A stretch of 64,000 nucleotides of DNA from a virus: positions 27,944 through 91,943 of the IMG/VR virus record IMGVR_UViG_3300018420_000012; one strand, 5' to 3'. Shown piece after piece: positions 20,089 through 28,531 of this stretch. The position numbers were made by a program, and so were the translations under genes. Under the pieces are notes generated by a model. It was not told where the DNA came from. It worked only from the letters and a program-made list of their open reading frames with translations, and ran no database searches. Positions within the stretch are counted from its first letter, which is position 1; every line of letters begins with the position of its first letter.

Positions 20089-21123
20089 ATGAGTCCTTAT
20101 GAGCGGGAGTATTTTATATCAAGACTTAGAACTGGCTTCTATATTATAAATGACGGTGAAACAAAGATTAAAATTGTTCCACCAACAATAGAGCAAGAGT
20201 ATGAATCAAACGAAGTGTTCATGGATTCGTACAATCGTTGTCTAGCTGATGGATTCTTAACAGAAGATGAAATGCTAGAATGGATGATTGAAAAAGGTTT
20301 ATGGTCAGAAGAAAAGCAAAATCAGTTTGATAAAACTGAAAAAGATATAGAGTCATTCAAAGTCGAGCTGTTTCAGAATAGATCAAAGGAAGCAGATAGG
20401 GAAAAAATCAGAAAATTAATCAGTGGAGCTAAGACATTTAGACGCGAGCTTGGTAAAGAAAAAGAAGAATATTTTTCTAATACATGTGAGGGTATAGCAT
20501 TAAATGATAAGAATGTCACCATGTTTGAATGGTGCTCGATTGTTGATGGCAAACCTTACAGGTTCCCTAATGACAATTCTTTTCAATTATACTTTACATG
20601 GATTTCTAAAATACTTAGAGAACATCAAGTTCGTGAGCTTGCAAGGACAGAGCCTTGGGGTTCATTTTGGGCGTTAAGAAGTCAAGGGGTATTATTTAAA
20701 AATAAAGAGCAATTAACAATAGACCAAAAAAATATTCTGGTTTGGTCGCAAATGTATGATAATGTGCAGGAATCAATGGATTGTCCACCCAAGTCTGTTA
20801 TCGAAGATGACGATATGCTGGACGGCTGGATGATCTTACAAAGGCGTAAGGCTGAATCAGAAAAATCTCAGTCAGAACTGGAGACAAAATTGAGTAATTC
20901 TAAGATTTCACAATCCGACGAGGTGTTTATATTTACAGATAATAAAAAGGACGCTCAAGATATTAATGATATGAATTCTTATGGGTCTAAAAAAATAAAA
21001 GAACAAAGAATGTCGGTCTTAGCATCGCGGGGCGAGGCTAGAGACTTAGACTTTAAAGATCAAAAGATCAGAGTTTCAAATATTCAGAACGAACAATTTA
21101 AAGGAAGATTTGGAGGGAAATAA
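20089..21123 (+). CDS. Putative tail assembly chaperone-like protein
   Basis: Charged helical ORF between tube and TMP; start uncertain (GTG 20077 or ATG 20089). Confidence 0.45.
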   Translation: MSPYEREYFISRLRTGFYIINDGETKIKIVPPTIEQEYESNEVFMDSYNRCLADGFLTEDEMLEWMIEKGLWSEEKQNQFDKTEKDIESFKVELFQNRSKEADREKIRKLISGAKTFRRELGKEKEEYFSNTCEGIALNDKNVTMFEWCSIVDGKPYRFPNDNSFQLYFTWISKILREHQVRELARTEPWGSFWALRSQGVLFKNKEQLTIDQKNILVWSQMYDNVQESMDCPPKSVIEDDDMLDGWMILQRRKAESEKSQSELETKLSNSKISQSDEVFIFTDNKKDAQDINDMNSYGSKKIKEQRMSVLASRGEARDLDFKDQKIRVSNIQNEQFKGRFGGK

Positions 21124-21125
21124 AA

Positions 21126-21488
21126 ATGAACGACGGTTTTGATAAACTGATTCGCAAGCAATCAGAATACAAGTCTGTAAGGGAGGATAAGTACAAAACT
21201 GACTCTCGCTCTAGACTTTCTAAGATATTAAAAAAGAAAGTTGAAACCACCATGATAGGTGCATTATCTTCAATAGAAGAGCATTTTTCATTCTTGTGGG
21301 CTTCTGACGCTGAAGGGCTTACGCCAGAGCAAAAGTTGATGTATGATTTGTTTCAAAAAGTTAGATCAGAGATTTTGGATAAAGGAAATTCTCAGTCTAG
21401 AAATATAGATGCTGAATTATCTCAGTATGAAGTAAAATGGCTAAGATATTCTGTGGAAATTCCAGTTAAGAAAACGGAGGAGAAATAA
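21126..21488 (+). CDS. Hypothetical protein (tail assembly region)
   Basis: 120 aa, GGAGG SD. Confidence 0.55.
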   Translation: MNDGFDKLIRKQSEYKSVREDKYKTDSRSRLSKILKKKVETTMIGALSSIEEHFSFLWASDAEGLTPEQKLMYDLFQKVRSEILDKGNSQSRNIDAELSQYEVKWLRYSVEIPVKKTEEK

Positions 21489-21489
21489 G

Positions 21490-22341
21490 ATGAGTAATAG
21501 GGTAGATAGGACGATTACTGTAAACGGGCAAGAAATCGAGTTTTATGTTGTTAGACCTTCAAACGAGACTGTCAGATTGGCAGATAGGTTCAGAACTAAA
21601 ACATGGACTGACTGCTGTAACGATGGCATACCAACAAAAAAACAGCTCGTCAAAATGAACATGGAAAACGGCAGTTGGGCAAAAGAAAAGTCCGACGCTG
21701 AAATTTACATCACTAGAGAAATTGTTAGGCTAGAGAAAGAACTGTATAGCGGTGGCGATAAAAAGAAAAAGCCTAAACTTTCTGACGGTAGAAATCTAGC
21801 TATTAAAATTAGACAATTAAGATTAGAACTTAGAGACTTAATCGCAGAGAGAATTTCACTTGAAGAGAATTCTGCTGAAAACCTAGCAGATAATGCAAGA
21901 TTTGACTTTCTTGTTGCTCATTCTACATTCTATAAAGACGGTAGAAGGATTTATAAAGACTTTAAAGATTATAATAGTAAAAGTGCGGATGAAGTCGCAT
22001 TTGCTGCGGCACAAATTTTGGCCGAGATGGTGTATAATATAGATGTGAGCTTTGAAGAAAATCTTCCTGAAAATCTTTTCCTTAAAAAGTACGGACTGGT
22101 TGATGATAAGCTCAGTTTGATTGATCCAAATACAGGTCACTTGATTGACATTAATGGTCATAGAATTGACGAGCAGGGCTATCTATTAGATGACGATGGC
22201 AAAAGGGTCGATAGAGATGGAAACAGAATTACTGAAGACGGTAACTATGAGTTAGTTGAGTATGAAAATGATCTCGTAATTAAAAAACCGGCCAGAAGAA
22301 CCAGAAAAAAAGCAGAAGAACCACAAACAACGGAAAGCTAA
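21490..22341 (+). CDS. Putative tail assembly chaperone
   Basis: 283 aa directly before the TMP; GGAGG SD; C-terminal IDxxG/DxDG beta-hairpin repeats. Confidence 0.5.
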   Translation: MSNRVDRTITVNGQEIEFYVVRPSNETVRLADRFRTKTWTDCCNDGIPTKKQLVKMNMENGSWAKEKSDAEIYITREIVRLEKELYSGGDKKKKPKLSDGRNLAIKIRQLRLELRDLIAERISLEENSAENLADNARFDFLVAHSTFYKDGRRIYKDFKDYNSKSADEVAFAAAQILAEMVYNIDVSFEENLPENLFLKKYGLVDDKLSLIDPNTGHLIDINGHRIDEQGYLLDDDGKRVDRDGNRITEDGNYELVEYENDLVIKKPARRTRKKAEEPQTTES

Positions 22342-22380
22342 AATTGGATAGTGTAGTTATAACAACTCTAAGGGATTATT

Positions 22381-25300
22381 ATGTCTAGATTCGTATTGAC
22401 TGCACAATTACAGCTTGCTGCACCAACAAACACAAGAAACGTAATAGATCAAATTCGTCGTGAGCTTAGAAGTTCGGGCGGGGTTGAGATTCCTGTCGAG
22501 GTTAGAGGTGCCCGCCAAGCAGAGCGAGCTGTTGAGAATGTAAGAAGAGAGACGGAGCGTGCGACCGGTGCGGCTGATGCACTTGGTCGTAGCTTTGGTC
22601 TTGCAACCAGAAGATTTGCTGCTTTTACAGTGGCAAGTAGGGCTGTAAGTCTGCTTACAAATAATCTGTCTAAGGCTGTTGATGAAGCTATTGCATTTGA
22701 GCGAGAGCTAATCAAAATCTCTCAGGTTACTGGCAAGACGTTAAAAGACCTTCGGGGGCTCACTAGTACAATTACTGAGCTTTCTACCACCCTTGGCGTT
22801 GCAAGTTCTACACTCTTGGGCACAGCTAGAATTCTTTCTCAGGCTGGTTTTAAAGCTAATGATTTACAGGCCGCACTTACGGCTTTGGCGAAAACAGAGC
22901 TTGCTCCGACGTTTGATGATATCAACAAGACGGCAGAAGGTGCTATTGCTATTTTCTCGCAGTTTGGACAGGGTGCTTCCGCACTTGAGGCACAGCTTGG
23001 TTCTATCAATGCTGTTGCTGGTCAATTCGCTGTTGAATCTGGTGACTTGATTGACGCTATTCGTCGTACCGGTGGTGTGTTTAAATCTGCCGGTGGTACA
23101 CTAGAAGAGTTCTTGGGGCTTTTCACTTCTATTCGTGCAACTACCCGTGAATCTGCCGAGTCGATTGCTACTGGTCTTAGAACCATCTTGACAAGAATTC
23201 AGCGTCCTTCTACAATTGCATACCTTGAAGAGCTTGGTGTTAATCTTACTGACCTAAACGGTAAGTTTGTTGGCCCATTTGAAGCGGCTAAAAGACTTGG
23301 TGAGGCTTTTGGTTCACTTGAGCAAGGTGATTTAAAGTTTATTCAAATTGCTGAAGAGCTTGGTGGATTCCGTCAGATTGGTAAGGTTATCCCTCTTTTA
23401 CAGCAAAGTGCATTAGCACAAGACGCTTATCAGGCAGCATTAAAGGGTACCAACTCTTTAAGTAAAGATGCCGAAACTGCACAGCAAAGTCTTTCGGTCC
23501 AAATAGCAAAAGTTAGAGAAGAATTCTTAGCTTTGATTCGTGGCATTACGGACACCGGCTCTTTTAGAACATTTACCTCTATAGCTTTAGGGCTGGCTAG
23601 TGCGTTTATCAAGGTGGCCGATGCTATCAAGCCACTACTCCCACTTATAACTGCTTTTGCTGCCGTTAGGTTTACGGCTGGGATTTCTCGTTTTATTGGC
23701 GGTGCTGGTGCTGCCCTGCGTGGTGCTGGACCTCAAGCCAGAAATGCCGGTGGTGAAATTCTTGGGTTTGCTAGAGGTGGTTTTGTTCCCGGCTCTGGCA
23801 ATAGAGACACTGTTCCAGCAATGCTTACTCCGGGCGAATTTGTAATAAAGAAAAGCAGTGCCGCGAAGATGGGTGCTGGCACGCTACAGGCAATGAATGA
23901 GAATAGATTTGCCGGTGGTGGTAGAATACCTCTTTCTGATGTCCTTGGGGAAAACAAGAGTCCTGCAATTGGATTTGCAATTCTCGAAACGGATAAGGCA
24001 TCTGTGGCATCTTCGACTTATGATGTTAATTCATCTGTGTTGCAGGATAAACTGGCGAAGGCTGGTTATACAGTCGATGGAAATAGGAAAGAGGCTTTTA
24101 AAAGATTAATTACCCCTAAAGCTAGGACTGGAGCAAGACAGGGCGTTAGTGAAGAAAATAGCAAACAATTACAAGCTGCTATAGATACAGGACTAATTGC
24201 TGGAACCAATGTCGCAGCACAAAATGCCGCATCAGTTTTTGGTGTGCAAGGCATAACGGGTGTATCCGAAGAGGCTTCAGCAGAATTTATTTCTAGTATA
24301 AATTCCGCTTCGAGGGGGAATCTTTTTGAAAATATAATCTCTGTTTTTCAAAATAACCTTCAAGGTACAGCTTTCAGTGATACCCCCGGTAAACCATTTG
24401 ATTTTGAGGATGGTGTTGATGGTCTTTTTGGTAATACCTTTAATAGATTAAAGGGGCAGACTTATGTTGATGCTAAGGCTTCATACGACGTAGCTAGTCC
24501 AAGAAAAAACACCGGGAAAATAGCAAATCAGATTGCTGATGAACTTATTGCAGACGCAGTATTGCGAGAGAAGTATGGTATAACAACATTAGAACAAGCA
24601 TCATTGTCTTCGGGCAAGGGTAAGCCACAGAAGAAAAACAAGGGCGGTGGAATTAGCGGTTCTAGCGATACCGTACCGGCCCTTCTGACTCCGGGCGAAT
24701 TTGTTATCAATAAGAGTTCCGCCCAAAGTATTGGATATGGCAATCTCAATAGCATGAATAAAACTGGCGTTGCTCGATTTGCTAAGGGTGGGCCAGTCGG
24801 CGTCCAAAGGTTTGCGTTAGGTGGGGGTGTTCAGGGTGCTGGCCTTGCTGCTGCCGGTGTTGGGTTTGCATTTCAGGCTATAGATAAATTTGCAGCCGTC
24901 ACAGAAGATGCTTCAGAATCTACAGTAAAAACCAATCTTGCATTAAAGGGCCTTTTAAATTCGGTACTTGCAGTTGGCCTTATTTTTAAGGGCGTGGTTG
25001 GGTTGAGAGCTATTATAAACGATTGGGGAAATGGCGTCAAGAAAAGCACCGAGACTACCAAGCAAGACACGCAAGCCACAAGAGAGGCTACTCAGGCTAC
25101 TCGTGAAGAAGCACAAAATAATAGACAATCCACATCCGGCGGCGGCTCTGGCGGCTCTGACGACTCTGACGATGAGAATACGCAAAAATTATCTAAGGCC
25201 GAGCAGAATAGAATTGCTAACGCAAAGAAGATACTTGAGCTTGAGAAGAAAAGAGATGTTAGTGCTCAACGCAGCATCAAGTCTGCTAATAAGGCGACAG

Positions 25301-28300
25301 CCGCTGATAGAAAACTTGCAGATACAAGTCAAAAACTAGCTTCGACTCGTCGAGATGAGGCAATTCAAACTAGCAAAATCGAAACCTTATCAAAAAAATC
25401 ACGCGAGCTAAGAAGAGCTGGAGTAACAGCAGACAAAAATTCTCAGGATATTCAAAAAAGAGCACTTGCTACAATAGAGGCAAGAGCCAGAGCGTTAAAG
25501 AAGGAAAGAACAGAAACAAGAGCGAGCGTTACTACTCTGGTAACATCAGAGACTAGACTAAAGAAAGCTAGAAGTGTATCTATTCTACAAACAAATAAGC
25601 AAGCAAAAGCTGCAAATGCTCTTAATGCTAGAATACAAAGAAAGACAAGAATTGAGCAAATTAATAATAACACGCTTTTAAAAACCGAAGTTACTCTCGC
25701 GAAAATGAGGAACGCATACATAAAAGAAAGGGACGCACGCCGATCAGCCCAACAGGGAATGACTAGATTCCGGCGGAACCTTGTTAGATTATTTAATCCT
25801 GTTGCGGCAGCTAGTTCTAGTGTTAAAGTGCTAACGAGAGAAATATCAAAATTGAATCGTGAGGCTAAAAAGGGCAAGGGCTTTGGTCAGAGAGTTAGGG
25901 GTGGCATTGCCAAAGTTGGTGGTACACTCACTGCCGCTGGCGGTGGAGTTCTAGCTCTTGGTGCTATTGGAAGCCAAATTGCTTCGGGGTTCCAGCAGCT
26001 TGCCGACAGACAAAAGGATGTAGCGTTAAGACAGGGAAACACAGCTGGTGCTGTTAAGGCTGCTGGTGCATCTGCCCAAGCCGAGACGATTGGAGAATTA
26101 TTTACTGCTGCTGGTTATATTGAGGCACTTACAGACCCAGAAGGCTTCGCAAACAGAAGATTCGAGAAAAAACAGAGAGCAGAGGCCGACGCTGCGGTTG
26201 AAAGTTCGCTTAAAATTTCACAAGCAAGTGTTAAATCCTTGGGTGAAGGCGGGTTTAATAATCAAGATGGAACAATTGATTTTCAACGATCCGCCCAAGA
26301 CAGTGCTAAGGCTTTTGCAATAGCCAGAAGAGAAATTAGTCAGCTTCCATATGCAGAACGTGCGGCAGCGGAATCGAGGTTGTTAGATCAGCAAGTGGAA
26401 CAAATTACGAGTTTAGCTAATGCTGGTGCAAGTCTAACAGAACTACAAACAATTGCCGATCAGTTTACTGGTGGTTTCGGTAAAGGTTCCGATAGATTAA
26501 ATAAGCTAATAGACAGCCTTATCTTGGCTAGAGAAGTACAACAACAATTAAATAAAGCCAACATTGATAGTTTAAAAATTACTAGTGCATTTAACGCAGC
26601 TAATCTTGCCGTTCAAAACTTTACAAATCAAATCACTTCAGGTGCCGACCCTCTTCAGACATTCTTTAATACATTTGAGGCAAGCAAGCAAAATATTGGT
26701 ATTGATGCTTCTGCTGCAATTACTGAGATTGAAAATGCATTAGTCGAATCTGCCACCGGTGCTGGTGCTAGAAGATTAGCATCATCTATTCAGGGGCAAG
26801 CTGCTACGGCTAGGGCTGTAAATGAATTTAACGCAACCGCTGGTGCTAGAATATCTAATGTTAATTTACGAACAGGTGATGCTGGTAAAGAAGATTTAGA
26901 AAAGGCATTGCTAGAGGGCGTTGATGACCCTCAAATTAGAAAAGCTGTTAGAGCAAAAATCAATGCCCTAAATTCAGAAGAGATTGCCACAACCGATATC
27001 AGCAAGTTTGTTCAAGAAATTCAAGCTGAAGTTGGCGAACTAAGCAAGGGCTTCACTGGTGCTGCTCAGGCTTTACTTGCACATAATCAGCAAATGGCAC
27101 AGCTTTATGCAAAAAGAGAGCAATTAGAACAGGCGGCGGCAGAAGCACAAGTTAAAGCAATCGACACGCAAATTGAAGCTGCGAAGATTGCAGAAGAGTT
27201 TGGTGGTCCAAAAGTTACATCTGGGGCAATTGAAGCAGCCAGAGTAGCACAGTTTAATGCGATTGGTGGACTAGCTGGTGCTACACTTGGTAGCGGCTCC
27301 GCACAAGAAATAGGAAGAATCAGGCAGCAGTTGGCGGACCAGTTTGCTGCGGCAAATGAGACAGCTTTCCAAAATATAGTTCTTTCTGGTGCTGGCCTAA
27401 ATAATAGAGGTGCTTTTGCTGGACAGCAAGGAAATGTAGACGATGTAAGACCAGAAACGGTCAGAGCACAAGAAGCCTTAAATACTATAATTAGACAACA
27501 AATTGAAGCCAAAAAAGAAGAACTTAAAATAATCAAGGAAAAGAACGCAGCTGAAAAATCCGCTCTAGACAAATTAATAAGTGGCGATGTAGCAGGTTTT
27601 ATCGCACAGCAAGAAGCTGCCGGTGCAGCCGCAGCTCTTGAGACTGGAGATAGAGGCTTGGCTGGCTTGTTTGACGCTTCTGCACTCGGTGCTGGATTCA
27701 AGGAGCTTGAAAAGCGTGGTGCCGCAACCTTCGAGGCCGCACAAGCTACCCTTTCCTCTTTTGGTATTGCTGACACTAGTAGTGCTAGGGTTCTCTCTGG
27801 CACGACAGCTCAAGAAGAGGCGGCTAAGTCACAGATCAGAGCACTAGCTGGTGAACTTGGTCAACTAGCTACAGATCAGGCGGTTATTGCACAGTCGAAT
27901 ATTTCGATTCAAGATGCAACAATTACTGCTGCACAGGTTAGCTTCGAGAGGGGATTAAGGACGACATCTGAAAATAATACTTCCGAAGTCAGCTCAGTGT
28001 CTCAATTCGCTAGAGGGGGAACCGTTTATGCGAACCGTGGAATGTTTGTTCCTCGTGGAACCGATACTGTTCCAGCTATGTTGACTCCGGGAGAGTTTGT
28101 GGTTAATCGTTCGGCAGTTCAGCGTGGTAACAATTTGCAAATTTTAAACGCCATGAACTCTGGTGGCGGTGCTAGTTCGCCAACCGCAAAGAGTGGTGGC
28201 GGACCAGTTCAATATTATCGTTTTGGCGGCCTTGTGGACGCTATTAATTCAGCCTTCACATCTGCTGGAAATGGACTACAGGGTATATTTAATCAATTCG

Positions 28301-28515
28301 CTAAGAGCGTTCAAACATTAAGTGACACCAAGTTTTCTATTAAATTAGACCCAGTTCAGATAAATATTAATGGTGGATCATTCCTTGGTCTGATGAAGCA
28401 AGAGATCAAGGATGAATTACTCAAAGAAGTCGGTAAAGAGCTGCAAAAGGGAGGATTCAATAACACTGGATCATTTACAACTAGTAACTCAGTTTTACAG
28501 AGGCCAGCTGGCTAA
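22381..28515 (+). CDS. Tail tape measure protein (TP901-family core) with internal cargo domains
   Basis: 2044 aa, Ala-rich helical; N-terminal TP901-like core (LSQAG...INAVA..FAVES.DL..A..R.G...TRES.E.IA.GL.TI..R); hydrophobic segments; three DTVPAxLTPGEFV modules. Confidence 0.85.
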   Translation: MSRFVLTAQLQLAAPTNTRNVIDQIRRELRSSGGVEIPVEVRGARQAERAVENVRRETERATGAADALGRSFGLATRRFAAFTVASRAVSLLTNNLSKAVDEAIAFERELIKISQVTGKTLKDLRGLTSTITELSTTLGVASSTLLGTARILSQAGFKANDLQAALTALAKTELAPTFDDINKTAEGAIAIFSQFGQGASALEAQLGSINAVAGQFAVESGDLIDAIRRTGGVFKSAGGTLEEFLGLFTSIRATTRESAESIATGLRTILTRIQRPSTIAYLEELGVNLTDLNGKFVGPFEAAKRLGEAFGSLEQGDLKFIQIAEELGGFRQIGKVIPLLQQSALAQDAYQAALKGTNSLSKDAETAQQSLSVQIAKVREEFLALIRGITDTGSFRTFTSIALGLASAFIKVADAIKPLLPLITAFAAVRFTAGISRFIGGAGAALRGAGPQARNAGGEILGFARGGFVPGSGNRDTVPAMLTPGEFVIKKSSAAKMGAGTLQAMNENRFAGGGRIPLSDVLGENKSPAIGFAILETDKASVASSTYDVNSSVLQDKLAKAGYTVDGNRKEAFKRLITPKARTGARQGVSEENSKQLQAAIDTGLIAGTNVAAQNAASVFGVQGITGVSEEASAEFISSINSASRGNLFENIISVFQNNLQGTAFSDTPGKPFDFEDGVDGLFGNTFNRLKGQTYVDAKASYDVASPRKNTGKIANQIADELIADAVLREKYGITTLEQASLSSGKGKPQKKNKGGGISGSSDTVPALLTPGEFVINKSSAQSIGYGNLNSMNKTGVARFAKGGPVGVQRFALGGGVQGAGLAAAGVGFAFQAIDKFAAVTEDASESTVKTNLALKGLLNSVLAVGLIFKGVVGLRAIINDWGNGVKKSTETTKQDTQATREATQATREEAQNNRQSTSGGGSGGSDDSDDENTQKLSKAEQNRIANAKKILELEKKRDVSAQRSIKSANKATAADRKLADTSQKLASTRRDEAIQTSKIETLSKKSRELRRAGVTADKNSQDIQKRALATIEARARALKKERTETRASVTTLVTSETRLKKARSVSILQTNKQAKAANALNARIQRKTRIEQINNNTLLKTEVTLAKMRNAYIKERDARRSAQQGMTRFRRNLVRLFNPVAAASSSVKVLTREISKLNREAKKGKGFGQRVRGGIAKVGGTLTAAGGGVLALGAIGSQIASGFQQLADRQKDVALRQGNTAGAVKAAGASAQAETIGELFTAAGYIEALTDPEGFANRRFEKKQRAEADAAVESSLKISQASVKSLGEGGFNNQDGTIDFQRSAQDSAKAFAIARREISQLPYAERAAAESRLLDQQVEQITSLANAGASLTELQTIADQFTGGFGKGSDRLNKLIDSLILAREVQQQLNKANIDSLKITSAFNAANLAVQNFTNQITSGADPLQTFFNTFEASKQNIGIDASAAITEIENALVESATGAGARRLASSIQGQAATARAVNEFNATAGARISNVNLRTGDAGKEDLEKALLEGVDDPQIRKAVRAKINALNSEEIATTDISKFVQEIQAEVGELSKGFTGAAQALLAHNQQMAQLYAKREQLEQAAAEAQVKAIDTQIEAAKIAEEFGGPKVTSGAIEAARVAQFNAIGGLAGATLGSGSAQEIGRIRQQLADQFAAANETAFQNIVLSGAGLNNRGAFAGQQGNVDDVRPETVRAQEALNTIIRQQIEAKKEELKIIKEKNAAEKSALDKLISGDVAGFIAQQEAAGAAAALETGDRGLAGLFDASALGAGFKELEKRGAATFEAAQATLSSFGIADTSSARVLSGTTAQEEAAKSQIRALAGELGQLATDQAVIAQSNISIQDATITAAQVSFERGLRTTSENNTSEVSSVSQFARGGTVYANRGMFVPRGTDTVPAMLTPGEFVVNRSAVQRGNNLQILNAMNSGGGASSPTAKSGGGPVQYYRFGGLVDAINSAFTSAGNGLQGIFNQFAKSVQTLSDTKFSIKLDPVQININGGSFLGLMKQEIKDELLKEVGKELQKGGFNNTGSFTTSNSVLQRPAG

Positions 28516-28531
28516 CGGAGAAATATAGGGA

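Noticed and set aside
17743-22341. Contractile tail sheath, or a lambda-type -1 slippery site in the chaperone region
   Set aside because: No sheath-like ORF recognised; the downstream chaperone-like ORFs have their own SDs and I could not support a specific -1 site.
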